Of a stretch of DNA of 58,982 nt, positions 19,801 through 28,711 are shown in pieces. A model generated the notes under the pieces. The model had not been told where the DNA came from and did not search any database. It saw only the letters and a program-made list of their open reading frames with translations. Made by a program: the position numbers and the translations under genes. Numbering within the stretch: position 1 is the stretch's first letter; each line of letters starts with the position of its first letter. The stretch comes from an uncultured Candidatus Poseidoniales archaeon (GTDB lineage Archaea > Thermoplasmatota > Poseidoniia > Poseidoniales > Thalassarchaeaceae): positions 1 through 58,982 of the forward strand of contig CAZUBQ010000009.1 of assembly GCA_964618995.1 (NCBI GenBank). The letters are read 5' to 3'.

Positions 19801-22800
19801 ACCGTGTTCACCACCATGGCACGACTGGCCGGAATCCCAGCGCGCAAGGCGACTGGCTACAACGGCGGGGTCTGGACGGGCACTGGATTCATGGTCATGG
19901 GGCGAAACTGGGATTCATGGGGTGAGGTGCACCTGCAACAGAATGCGGCAGGCAACAACCACGACATGGGCTGGATCCCTGTCGATGCCTGTCCACCGGC
20001 TGAGGAGGTGGAGGTTGTCAACGAGAGCAGTTGGCCAGGTACCATCGAGCGAGACATGTCCACCGGTGACATTTACATGAACGGCACTCTGCAATTCATC
20101 GACAACCAGTCCGCGGCCGCCGACACGCTCGTGCGCGCCTACCTCGTGCAGGCTAACGACACCAATCCGTTCAATCCGGCTGCGCTGAACGGAGATTCGC
20201 TGCTCGGTGCCAACCTGACCGATACGAACGGCAACTTCAGCATCAAGGGCTTCCCGTTCGGCATCACTCACCCGGGATACGGCCGCATCGTGGTCGAGAC
20301 CCAGCAAGGGGGTTATGTGCCATACAGCACGCACGATTTCGTCTGGACTGTGAACATCACAGATGATTCCAACCTGACTCAGGATTCTCCTTCGCCGGTA
20401 GGCATTCCGTATGTCGGCGCAGGGTCGACCACTGACATCACTGGCACGATGATGTGGAACTCGCCACCTCCGCTGGATGTGGCGACCAAGACCAACTACA
20501 CGGTCTCGCTCACCTATCCTTCGAGCGTGCTCAACCAGAATGTCACGCTGACCACACAGGTTGGTAGCAACGGTTACTTCATGTTCACGGTGAACCTGTC
20601 GGAGAACGAAACCCTCGGTTATCGTAATGCATTCCTGAACTTCTCAGGCTGGCACGAAGGAGACCTGCATCTCGGACCGTCACCGATCTATCACGCGCGT
20701 CCGACAACGTACAACTTCCAGTTCAACGTCACCCCCGCACCAGATCTCACCGCCACGCTCCATGGTCCATCGGGGAACGACTCGTTGCTGGAGATTGGTG
20801 AGAACATCTACGTCAACGGGTCGATTCTCTCCGGAGGAGCCTCGCCCGCGCCGATGAACGGCACGCTCACCCTGCTGCTGCGCCGCAACGGTTCGACCGG
20901 ACCATACGCCGAAACCGCCTTTTGGGTGCTGAACAGCAGCAACGTGAACCCAGTGACGGGTGATTTCTCGATTATCTGGAACTTCTCCGCGCTCAATGTG
21001 ACAATCGGGCCCTCATACTGCGATGTCATCCTACGCTTCTCACCCGACGTGCCCGGTGCGACTGATGATGCCGATCTCAATCCTGTATTCGCATACGGTA
21101 TCCAGAGCACGGTGGAGATCAACTTCCCGATTTACGTCATGCTCCGCGGTCAGTTGGGGTCCATCCCGATATCGTTCGTCGACCACACAGCAGGAAGCGA
21201 CATTCCCTTCAATGGGACTTGGGTCACGAGTTTCAACGGTGTCGTCATCAACACCACGACCGACCCGCCCAATCCATGGATGGAAATCGAGTTCACTCCC
21301 CCGGCCAATCTGGCCGCCGGTGACTACGCCTTCAACGTCACCTACACTCCGAGTACGCAGTGGTACAAGGCTGCAACCAAGGAGGGGCTCCAGCGGGTAC
21401 AGGCAGACATCGCGGTATCGATTAATCTGGCACAGGATTGGACGCATCTCGGTGGGCAGAACGTCATCTCGGGAACAATCACCGACGCGGTGCTGCTCAG
21501 CACTGTGCTCAACAACCAGACCAACATGCAGTTCAATCTGGAGATTCCCGGCACTGGACCACCCGGGCCCAACGGAGAGCCACCGATACCGATGATCATC
21601 CCGCTCGGAAACGGCTCGAATGACCCAATCACTGGCAACTATTCGATTACTGTGAACATGCCAGCCTACCTTCCTGCTGGTGCCTACAACCTGACGCTGA
21701 CGACCGACTGGGACATCTACAGCAGCGACCCTGGCTCGTACTATACGCAGATCGACCCGATCTACCGCTGGATCGGTATCGAATCTGAACTCGTGCTCAC
21801 CACCAACCTCTCGGTGATTGTGGTCGAGGCGGGCAACCTGATGGAACTGAACATCAGCGTGCAGGACGTCGCCGACATGTCCGCCGTGAGCGGGGGAATC
21901 GTCAATTTCACCTGGGATTGGGGTAACAGCAACACGAGCATCGGTCAGGCAACCTCGAACTCCGAAGGATTCGCCTTCTTCAACTGGCAGGTTCCACTGG
22001 CGATGGACCCCGGATACTACGATGTGCGCGTATCGATGGACAACGACCAGTCAGATCTGCTCGTGCCAGGAAGTCAGCGCTGGACTGGTAATGAGACGTT
22101 CGTGAACGTCACGGTTCAGGTCCCGAGTTCTGTCAACGTCCTTTCGATGCCTGCGAACGTGACTGCAGGGCAGAGCTTCATGCTTGAGGGCAACGTCACG
22201 GATGGCAACGATCCATTGCGACCGCTCATCGGTTCGGTGGACATCGAGGTGTACTTCTTCAACGACACCAGCGAGATTTTGGTCACTTCATTCACCACTC
22301 AGCCGAATGGATCGTTCAACCTGTCCGTTCCCACCGACCCTCTGGGTGATGGAATCACCAGCGGCAACAAGACGGTGGTTGTCTCGGTCCTCAACGGCAG
22401 CAGCCCGTTCTATCTGGCGGGTACGGGACAACAGGACATCCTCGTCATCGGCGTGACTATCTTCGAGAATCCGGTTCCGCTCATCCCGGTCGTCATCACC
22501 CGCGGTGATCCAGTTAGCTTCGGTGCACGCCTTGTCGAGGAGAGTGACAACTTCCGCTCCTTGGCGAACATGAGCGTGTCAGCCATGTTCCACGACACGT
22601 GGATGTCTGCAGAGAACACCACCGACGCCAACGGCACGGCACTGTTCAACTACACCGTGCCCATCACGCAGCCGCTCGGGCAGGTGACTGTCACCTTGTA
22701 CTACAACGGCACGTGGACCCTGCACCCGACAAGTCGCTCTCTCAGCACGATCAGCGTGCGCTCGCTCACCTTCCTGGTGGTCGACCCCATCACAGCCAAC

Positions 22801-25788
22801 CCGATGGCCGGAGATTCATTCAATGTCACCGGAACACTGGTGTCGGACAACGGCTCGGGCATCATCTTCCGAGACGGATCAGGGATGCTGCCGCAACTGT
22901 CGTTCAACATCGACGGGTTCAGCGACACCTTCGTCGTCAGCAACGGCGTTGCTCAGGCGAATGGAACCTGGGGAGCGGTTCTCACACTCGACACCGACTT
23001 CCCGCGCGGGAACCACAACCTCACTGCCACCTACACTTCTTCTGTGAACTACTACGGCGGATCGTCTGGTAACAACACCTTCGACAGCCGCGGATTCTCC
23101 GTGTTGCAGATAGTCACTCCACGTGATCTGCATCCTGATGACAGAACGATTCGCGGTGACAACGTCAGTGTGCAATTGCTGCTGCAGGACAACACCTTGG
23201 CCGCAATCAGCAACGCCACGATCACCGTCGCCCTCCCCGACCTGAACATCAGCGTCACCGCAATCACCGATGCCAACGGAACAGCCTTCGTGCTGCTGAG
23301 CGTTCCCGCCTCCACGGCGCCCGGGCCGCTCAACCTCACCGCCGAATACGCTGGCATCGCCGGTACGACTGGGGTCGCCGGAGACAACGACATCGCCCGC
23401 ATCATCATCCTCGCGCCCACTGTACTCAACATCACTTCGGTCGAGGGCGAGTTCGTCTCGGGCGAGGTCATCTACGTCAACGGCACCCTGCTCGATGAGT
23501 TTGGGCAGGTGCTCCTCGATGGAGGTGTGCCTCAAGGCGGTGTCGTCCATCTAGAGATGGACGGAGAGAACACACTGACGATGGTGGAGTCCAACGCGAC
23601 AACGGGCATCTTCAGCATCCAGTATACTCTGCTGGGCGATATTGGACCGGGAGCGCACCTAGTCAGCGTCTACTTCCAAGGCGGTTACATGTGGGTGGAT
23701 CCCATGGGTCAAGGGGACCCATCCAATCCGGAGTACTACCTCAACAGCACTGATCAGCAGTGGGTGAACGTGAGCGTGCCAACGTACATCGTGCTCTCTT
23801 CCAGCGGCACTGACATCGACCGCGAAGAGTTGCTCGTCATCGACGGAACACTGCTGGACATTGTCGACAATCCACTAGCCAACGAGACGATTGAGGTATG
23901 GTTCAACGGCTACTGGCTCACCAACGTCACTACAGCCACTGACGGCACCTTCAGCGTCTACTACCCCGTGCCTCAGGACTCGGAGCTGGGTCCGCAGCAG
24001 ATGGAGATTCGTTTCATGGGCAGCACGTTCTACCTGCCTTCGGAGGCGAACACCACCTGGGACGTCTACAGCCCGGTCAACTTGGATCTGGTTCTGCCGT
24101 CCGAGATTGCAATCAACGACCCGATTGCGTTCACTGGCACGGTGCGCGACAACCTCCCAGACGGTTGGATCTACAACCACTCGGTCGAGTTGCGCTTCAA
24201 CGGTACCTTGGTGGGGACCGCGTACACAGATTCCGAAGGCGTCTGGGTGCTGAATTGGATCATCCCCCCGAACATCGGACTTGGCAGTCATCCCGTCGAA
24301 ATCTACTCACCCGCACAGGGATGGTACCGCGAGAGTTCAGCCAATGGAACGATTTGGGTGGCTCACCATTCCTCCATCCTTCTGTCTGTAGAGGACAATG
24401 GCCTTGCCACACGCGGCGAGTTCTGGAACGTCAGCGGGCGACTCTACGATTCGGATGAGCCGGGTCTGCCTGGAATATCAGGCCGCAACGTCGACATCCT
24501 GCTCGATGGTGTGTTCGTGGATACTGTGACCACGGATGCCGAAGGCAGGTTCCAACTGCTCGTGCCTGTCAGCATGGTCTCCGCTCGTGGAGGGCACACG
24601 CTGTCAGCGCACTACGCCGGAGAATCCGCATGGTTGGCGACCAACGACACGTTGTCTCTGACGACTTGGGCCGACATCAGTTGGCAACTGGTCGAGAGCA
24701 GCAACATGGTCATCCGTTCATCGTCCAGTCACCCAATCATCATCGAAGGGCGTATCCTTGAGGTGGGTGGAAGCGGTAACCCGGTGTCAGACCTCGACCT
24801 GACGCTCTACTGGAACACTTCGTCCCTCGACATTCGCACCAAGTTGGTGTGGCTGAACGACAGCAGCTTCCGTATCGAGTTGATCGCTCCACAGACGATG
24901 ACTGCCGGTGACATCACGCTGACCCTCAAATCCTCCAAGAACAGCACTCGCTACTTCAACTACGGCGAGGTCAACACCTCAATCTTCGTCGTCATCGCTG
25001 TCGACTTCGAGGTGGGCATCCTCGATGTGCCACACATGGGCAAGAAGGTCATCGTGTGGGTCGAGGCGCACGCCCGCGACACTCAGTTGCCGGTGGCGGA
25101 CATCGAGGTGGCCGCGGTGCTGCACAACGAGTCCTATGTCTACAGCCGGACGCTGATAGGGCGCACCTCTGCCAACGGCTCGTTCTGGTTTGAGTTCGTC
25201 TCGGTGGCGCCCACCGACCCGTACGGAGACAAGTCGGCGTACGGCGACCTCTACGTGCAGATCAATTCCTCGGACGATAAGGTGGCGGCCGACGACCGCG
25301 CGCTGCTGGAGCAGACGCTGTCAGTGAACGTACTGCCTCCCGAGGCGGTGGCGGATTCAAGCTTCGGCTGGATCTATGGCGGCATAGCAGCGCTGGTACT
25401 CGCAGCGCTGGTGTTTGCCATCTGGTGGCGTCGTCGCCAGTTGACCGCCATCGAGGAGTTGGCTGACATCTTCTCGTACACCGCAGAACTGCTGGCGGCT
25501 GGAGATGCTGTACGAGAGGCGATTTTCAACTGCTACGAAGGGATGTGTGCCGTGCTGATGAAGCACAGGTTCCTGCGGCGCGACTTCGAGACCGTGCGCG
25601 AGTTCGAGATGGCCATCCGCAAGGCACTGCCAATCAACGAGGATGCGCTCGTCGCGCTCGACAGCGTGTTCGAAGAGGCGCGCTACTCACGCCACGAAAT
25701 GGCTGAAGCGCACAAGAATCAGGCCCAGGAGGCGCTACGTCAGGTGCTGGTTGAGATCGAGAATCTCCAGGAAGTCCCAGCGCGGTGA
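16819..25788 (+). CDS. giant surface protein (~2989 aa): TSP3-like Ca-binding repeats, transglutaminase-like core, many Ig-like (CarboxypepD_reg/CARDB-type) repeats, TM helix, DUF4129-like cytoplasmic tail
   Basis: ATG at 16819 gives a signal-like 'SLSLTLLMLLSSLVGMQFAAYEAMA'. Repeated 'DxDxDGxxDxxE' motifs. TGase triad context 'GSCQEFSTVFTTMARLAGIPARKATGY...WDSWGEVHL...GWIPVDA'. Recurrent 'TD(A/S)NG.F....VP' repeats. TM 'WIYGGIAALVLAALVFAIWW' then 'TVREFEMAIRK...FEEARYSRHEM'. Confidence 0.85.
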   Translation: MSLHRSTVETTEWRPLVRARARSLSLTLLMLLSSLVGMQFAAYEAMAGTDQDGDGLTCGTEFLLGTQCQDWDSDNDGLPDGWEWQYGLDPTDGSSLTNNGASGDPDGDGMSNLQEYSYLEPTNWDNSNTPNELDNGVWWNGTVPVRNWNEENAMQVNQPGCGDPGSDGNGSSVILCDEDPPGDICNDGLDNDKDGLVDTADPDRDGDAVCGSNDDDGDGYFDEDPDGWDTDGDGMPDGWEVSNGLNATLATGMDGASGDPDFDGLTNLMEYINPGWTTGSGGNYYFQPGDPNVESATENINPCNPVLGLGPGGCASLTASVDQDFDTNPFNNDTDGDGLEDGYEALVILTDPTTSDTDSDGISDGVEANTSTYGNPPLHSDPRDNNTDGDQFDDGDEDINGNGRVDSNETDPTRREDSGDYDNDGIDNWLENLSCTLWNVYDSDFGGIGDGDESNLSHSTDPCMTFVDYSTTVVSYNSGTNRLTISNASGIDPNPVDWRTGMPGILYYNDSSGSLTSFAYSSVTGNVISGVAVAPPAGMVSVIAKNGSWCHYEGTQAGTITTTHSHCDDDYMDSDGDGLADWEENQAVWGWFSLPTQYDSDGDGVNDLDEILNGTNPMEPCDNRLDSDGDMLNDYFENTTGCDLMYVPGMGGGNGSTDAYVTDPLNPDTDHGGVMDGQEYLDGTNPQNDPLDDMNPADTDGDGIPDNIENQTGTDWRDPDTDGGGMSDYEECPPQFWQDCLLGPQNPWDPTDDIIQNEIAFWANNTTSTGNGVDPDLSHYWRVRTYEYYTGAAYGMNESSLIETEISPGWIDYHWIANNTFWNSSEDYMMTYVQPVNPGSRLAQPASAYSWMNWNDPFAYLNQSNVSHDLRISAAQIYNLMVAQPEIWFSSTEYANSIPYAGPGNYGTDLPAYFTDMTAPESYVYNVTQGVITDAGAVSAWDKVVAIRDYLNNVDGNTTVEFKLNFDGSGLPMLEDVSRFIIQDITEGSCQEFSTVFTTMARLAGIPARKATGYNGGVWTGTGFMVMGRNWDSWGEVHLQQNAAGNNHDMGWIPVDACPPAEEVEVVNESSWPGTIERDMSTGDIYMNGTLQFIDNQSAAADTLVRAYLVQANDTNPFNPAALNGDSLLGANLTDTNGNFSIKGFPFGITHPGYGRIVVETQQGGYVPYSTHDFVWTVNITDDSNLTQDSPSPVGIPYVGAGSTTDITGTMMWNSPPPLDVATKTNYTVSLTYPSSVLNQNVTLTTQVGSNGYFMFTVNLSENETLGYRNAFLNFSGWHEGDLHLGPSPIYHARPTTYNFQFNVTPAPDLTATLHGPSGNDSLLEIGENIYVNGSILSGGASPAPMNGTLTLLLRRNGSTGPYAETAFWVLNSSNVNPVTGDFSIIWNFSALNVTIGPSYCDVILRFSPDVPGATDDADLNPVFAYGIQSTVEINFPIYVMLRGQLGSIPISFVDHTAGSDIPFNGTWVTSFNGVVINTTTDPPNPWMEIEFTPPANLAAGDYAFNVTYTPSTQWYKAATKEGLQRVQADIAVSINLAQDWTHLGGQNVISGTITDAVLLSTVLNNQTNMQFNLEIPGTGPPGPNGEPPIPMIIPLGNGSNDPITGNYSITVNMPAYLPAGAYNLTLTTDWDIYSSDPGSYYTQIDPIYRWIGIESELVLTTNLSVIVVEAGNLMELNISVQDVADMSAVSGGIVNFTWDWGNSNTSIGQATSNSEGFAFFNWQVPLAMDPGYYDVRVSMDNDQSDLLVPGSQRWTGNETFVNVTVQVPSSVNVLSMPANVTAGQSFMLEGNVTDGNDPLRPLIGSVDIEVYFFNDTSEILVTSFTTQPNGSFNLSVPTDPLGDGITSGNKTVVVSVLNGSSPFYLAGTGQQDILVIGVTIFENPVPLIPVVITRGDPVSFGARLVEESDNFRSLANMSVSAMFHDTWMSAENTTDANGTALFNYTVPITQPLGQVTVTLYYNGTWTLHPTSRSLSTISVRSLTFLVVDPITANPMAGDSFNVTGTLVSDNGSGIIFRDGSGMLPQLSFNIDGFSDTFVVSNGVAQANGTWGAVLTLDTDFPRGNHNLTATYTSSVNYYGGSSGNNTFDSRGFSVLQIVTPRDLHPDDRTIRGDNVSVQLLLQDNTLAAISNATITVALPDLNISVTAITDANGTAFVLLSVPASTAPGPLNLTAEYAGIAGTTGVAGDNDIARIIILAPTVLNITSVEGEFVSGEVIYVNGTLLDEFGQVLLDGGVPQGGVVHLEMDGENTLTMVESNATTGIFSIQYTLLGDIGPGAHLVSVYFQGGYMWVDPMGQGDPSNPEYYLNSTDQQWVNVSVPTYIVLSSSGTDIDREELLVIDGTLLDIVDNPLANETIEVWFNGYWLTNVTTATDGTFSVYYPVPQDSELGPQQMEIRFMGSTFYLPSEANTTWDVYSPVNLDLVLPSEIAINDPIAFTGTVRDNLPDGWIYNHSVELRFNGTLVGTAYTDSEGVWVLNWIIPPNIGLGSHPVEIYSPAQGWYRESSANGTIWVAHHSSILLSVEDNGLATRGEFWNVSGRLYDSDEPGLPGISGRNVDILLDGVFVDTVTTDAEGRFQLLVPVSMVSARGGHTLSAHYAGESAWLATNDTLSLTTWADISWQLVESSNMVIRSSSSHPIIIEGRILEVGGSGNPVSDLDLTLYWNTSSLDIRTKLVWLNDSSFRIELIAPQTMTAGDITLTLKSSKNSTRYFNYGEVNTSIFVVIAVDFEVGILDVPHMGKKVIVWVEAHARDTQLPVADIEVAAVLHNESYVYSRTLIGRTSANGSFWFEFVSVAPTDPYGDKSAYGDLYVQINSSDDKVAADDRALLEQTLSVNVLPPEAVADSSFGWIYGGIAALVLAALVFAIWWRRRQLTAIEELADIFSYTAELLAAGDAVREAIFNCYEGMCAVLMKHRFLRRDFETVREFEMAIRKALPINEDALVALDSVFEEARYSRHEMAEAHKNQAQEALRQVLVEIENLQEVPAR

Positions 25789-25791
25789 GCC

Positions 25792-26316
25792 TCAGGATTG
25801 ACTTCGGTCGAGATTGAGGTGCAGTTCGCCCGCCGCCCAGGTGGCGTCAGAGAGGTTACAGTCCGCCGGCAGCGTGAACAGCCGCTCCAAGCGTTGGCTG
25901 CCTTCGGTCGTCAGTTGCAAGCGGAACACCACACTGTCATCGACCACGCCCATCGACAGGCCTACGCCGGCCAACTCGCAGCCGTGTAGTGGAATGACCA
26001 ATGCACCGTCCTTCTCGCTGCCGCCGAACAGGTCGAGAAACGCGTCGGTGCGTAGCACACCTGCGACCCTTTCGAAGCGCGCTTCGATATCTCCTGACTG
26101 CTCGACGACTATCTCCTGATGCAGGGATATCGCCGCCTCGAGGTGATCGAGTTCACCGAGGAAGTGGTCGTGCAATATCTCGGGCGTGACATCCAGTCCG
26201 GCGGTCGCTCGTGGTGCGTCTGGAGCCGGCGTATCCGAGTGGTCAGGGTCGCGCTTCTCGATGGGCACTGCGTTCCAATCCATGCCGACTCCCCACTGCG
26301 CTCCTCGCCACCCCAT
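25792..26316 (-). CDS. hypothetical protein (174 aa; may start at M12, nt 26283)
   Basis: ORF 17 nt downstream of the helicase gene on the same strand, so probably co-transcribed. The C-terminus 'LFTLPADCNLSDATWAAGELHLNL' faintly resembles an Hsp20/alpha-crystallin beta-strand pair, which I cannot support. Confidence 0.5.
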   Translation of the reverse strand: MGWRGAQWGVGMDWNAVPIEKRDPDHSDTPAPDAPRATAGLDVTPEILHDHFLGELDHLEAAISLHQEIVVEQSGDIEARFERVAGVLRTDAFLDLFGGSEKDGALVIPLHGCELAGVGLSMGVVDDSVVFRLQLTTEGSQRLERLFTLPADCNLSDATWAAGELHLNLDRSQS

Positions 26317-26333
26317 TCAAACGCTTCGCGGAA

Positions 26334-28448
26334 TCACTCACTAGAATGGTCGCCCTTCGGGTGGCGCTCAAAGAAGCGACGCACATGCCTGCGGGTGACC
26401 TCGGGAGAGGTACACCTGAGCGTTTCGAGCCCTTCTGGAAGCAGCCGGTAGTAGTTCGGGGTGAGCAGGCGGTCCTCTAGCAGCAGCACGAAGGCACGGT
26501 CACCGATTTTACGAATCGGTCTGCCCATCCCCTGTAGCACGCTGTTCAGAGCAGGCTGCTGCACCGCGTAGCGGTAGGAATTACCTCCGAATCTCGTTCC
26601 GTAGTAGCGCTTGCGAGCGTCGGATTCGACCGACGGGGGAGCTACTGGAAGACCGACGCAGACAACCGCGTCGAGCAGATTCGCCTCGTAGTCGATACCC
26701 TCGGCCAGTTTCGCCCCGAAGGCACCTGCCAGGAGCACTCGCTCCCCGGTGCTGCGCGCCAGATGCAACTCGCGCAGCAACCCATCGACACGCCTCTTGC
26801 TCCATCCGCGCTCTTCGAGCAACAGCCTGCGCCCGGGCCAGAATCCGTCGCCGATGATTTCCTCCAGCAGGCTGTAGGATGGAAGGAATACAGCGACATG
26901 ACCGGGCGTTTCCTGCAGCAGAGCCAACAGGTGCTCACGAATCGCCTTGGTGTTCTGCTCGCCACGTCGACCGTAGAGAGTCGTCACCTGGGTTGCGATG
27001 GCGACCGGGCGGCGGTCAGCGAGAAAGGGCGAAGGGTACTGCTTGGTGAGCAATTCACGGTCATCGGGAAGCGCGAGCAGGTCGGAGTACATCTCTGGTG
27101 GGTAGAGTGTCCCCGACATCAATACCGTGCCGTGCACCTCAGAGAACACCGGACCGGCCACCACACCTGGGTCCAGCAGGTGCGTCGTCACGCGCGGAGT
27201 ATCCCCGACACGTCCGAAGACCAGCGCCAACGCCGCGTCACCGCGGAAGCGATGTACCAAGCCGAGAAGTTCGGCCAACCGCGTGGATGCAGTGTCCTTC
27301 TCATCGGTCTCGTCAGGATCGAGTTCGACTTCCACGGTGAGCAGCTTCCGCACCACTGCCGGCAGTTGCAAACCACCTTCACTGACCTCCTCTGAGAGCG
27401 CACCTTCGATGACCTGCAGCATGTCGTCTGCGGTCACCTCGTGTTCCTTCTGCTCACCACGCGTGAGGGTGACATCATGCACCCGATACCACGCTGACAG
27501 GTCTCGATGCATCCTCTCCAATGCGGCCTCCAGTCTGTGCAGGTCTCCCATCAGAGCCTGTTCCGCATCGAGGTCTTCGTCCCGCTGATTCTGCTCCTGC
27601 TGCGTTCGTTCCCTGTGCTCCTGAACCTCGAGCCGCGCGTCCCGAACCAGTTTGGTCGTCAGCGTGCGCTGCATCCCCATGCGAATCCTGTCAGGCAGGT
27701 TGTGGGCCTCGTCGACGACCAGGATGATATCATCGAGGGAGATTCCCATTGCCTCCAGCGACACCTCGCGCACCCGTTCATGGAACAGATGGTTGTAGTC
27801 ACACAGAACGATATCCGCTCGTCCAGCCACGGCCCGTGCCACCTTCCACGGGCAGGTAGGGCTCGCTCGTCCGTCCTCCACGTGTCTGCGCGACATCTCA
27901 ACCAACTCGTTCACGTGCAGAGGATCCTGCAGCACACGCAGTTGCAGCCCGGGTGAATCGCGCACGAATGGAATGCACTTACGCGTTGAGCGCAGCGAGG
28001 CGCACAACTTCGAGAACACTGCTGGGAACTCCCCTGAGATCTCGTTGATGCACATCCCCTGCTGGCCGATCATGTCGACAAGACTCACCTTTGGCACGTG
28101 TTCTTCGCGGCGCTCATTGATGCGACGGACCGTTTCGACGACAATGCGATGCTGTGCCTGGCGACCTGTCAGGAAGAGGATTGTCAGTTTGCCACTGGAA
28201 CTGCGTTGCACGTCCAGAGCCGCAGACAGCGCTGCAGCCGTCTTGCCGATTCCAGTCGGTGCCGCGGCGAGCAGAGAGCCACCGGATGAGAGCGCTGTCC
28301 AAGCATCCTCGATCATCTCTGATTGTCCACTGCGCAGGGTCGCATGAGCAAGATGCCCAGGATTGTGAACGGAGGCTGATTCAGTCACGGAACGCCGCGT
28401 GGCGAGCGACCGCTCAATAAGGTTGGGAAGCGCGCGCTGTTCGCTCAT
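26334..28448 (-). CDS. XPD/Rad3 (DinG-family) superfamily-2 DNA helicase with a putative 4-Cys Fe-S domain
   Basis: Walker A 'AAPTGIGKTAAAL' and DEAH box 'VVDEAHNLPD'. Four Cys lie between them ('GMC','KLC','RKC','PTCPW'), as in XPD Fe-S domains. C-terminal helicase motifs 'SGTLYP' and 'QGMGRPIR'. Confidence 0.85.
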   Translation of the reverse strand: MSEQRALPNLIERSLATRRSVTESASVHNPGHLAHATLRSGQSEMIEDAWTALSSGGSLLAAAPTGIGKTAAALSAALDVQRSSSGKLTILFLTGRQAQHRIVVETVRRINERREEHVPKVSLVDMIGQQGMCINEISGEFPAVFSKLCASLRSTRKCIPFVRDSPGLQLRVLQDPLHVNELVEMSRRHVEDGRASPTCPWKVARAVAGRADIVLCDYNHLFHERVREVSLEAMGISLDDIILVVDEAHNLPDRIRMGMQRTLTTKLVRDARLEVQEHRERTQQEQNQRDEDLDAEQALMGDLHRLEAALERMHRDLSAWYRVHDVTLTRGEQKEHEVTADDMLQVIEGALSEEVSEGGLQLPAVVRKLLTVEVELDPDETDEKDTASTRLAELLGLVHRFRGDAALALVFGRVGDTPRVTTHLLDPGVVAGPVFSEVHGTVLMSGTLYPPEMYSDLLALPDDRELLTKQYPSPFLADRRPVAIATQVTTLYGRRGEQNTKAIREHLLALLQETPGHVAVFLPSYSLLEEIIGDGFWPGRRLLLEERGWSKRRVDGLLRELHLARSTGERVLLAGAFGAKLAEGIDYEANLLDAVVCVGLPVAPPSVESDARKRYYGTRFGGNSYRYAVQQPALNSVLQGMGRPIRKIGDRAFVLLLEDRLLTPNYYRLLPEGLETLRCTSPEVTRRHVRRFFERHPKGDHSSE

Positions 28449-28479
28449 CAGCGAGACAGCCTTTCGGCAGGATGCAGTC

Positions 28480-28563
28480 GGGGTCCCCCCCGAAGGGGGG
28501 AGGGGTATGACGATGCTTCACAGATCGTCGGTGATAGGGGTCCCCGAATACTCGGGGAGGGGT
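28480..28563 (-). other. 84-nt array of three perfect hairpins; the outer two are 27-nt modules GGGGT-stem-loop-stem-AGGGGT (candidate structured RNA or DNA element)
   Basis: Read directly. Module A, 28480-28506: TCCCCCC-CGAA-GGGGGGA. Hairpin B, 28509-28529: GACGAT-9 nt-ATCGTC. Module C, 28537-28563: TCCCCGA-ATAC-TCGGGGA. In minus sense, A has a C(UUCG)G tetraloop. Function unknown. Confidence 0.4.
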
Positions 28564-28693
28564 TTGTGTGATTCTTTGTTGATGTTGACCATCGCTGTGC
28601 GTGCGCGCTGGCGCAGCAGGAAGATGCCCAGGGTCAGCACGGAGGGCGGGCGCTCGTCGCGGTTTGATTCAACCACAGGAGATTTGGGTGCGA

Positions 28694-28711
28694 GGGGGCC
28701 CGAAGACCCCC
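28694..28711 (-). other. hairpin GGGGGUC-UUCG-GGCCCCC, fully paired only in minus-sense RNA
   Basis: The plus strand reads GGGGGCC-CGAA-GACCCCC with a C-A mismatch that becomes a G-U wobble in minus sense. The loop is a C(UUCG)G tetraloop. It lies 56 nt downstream of the RHH gene stop. Confidence 0.4.
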
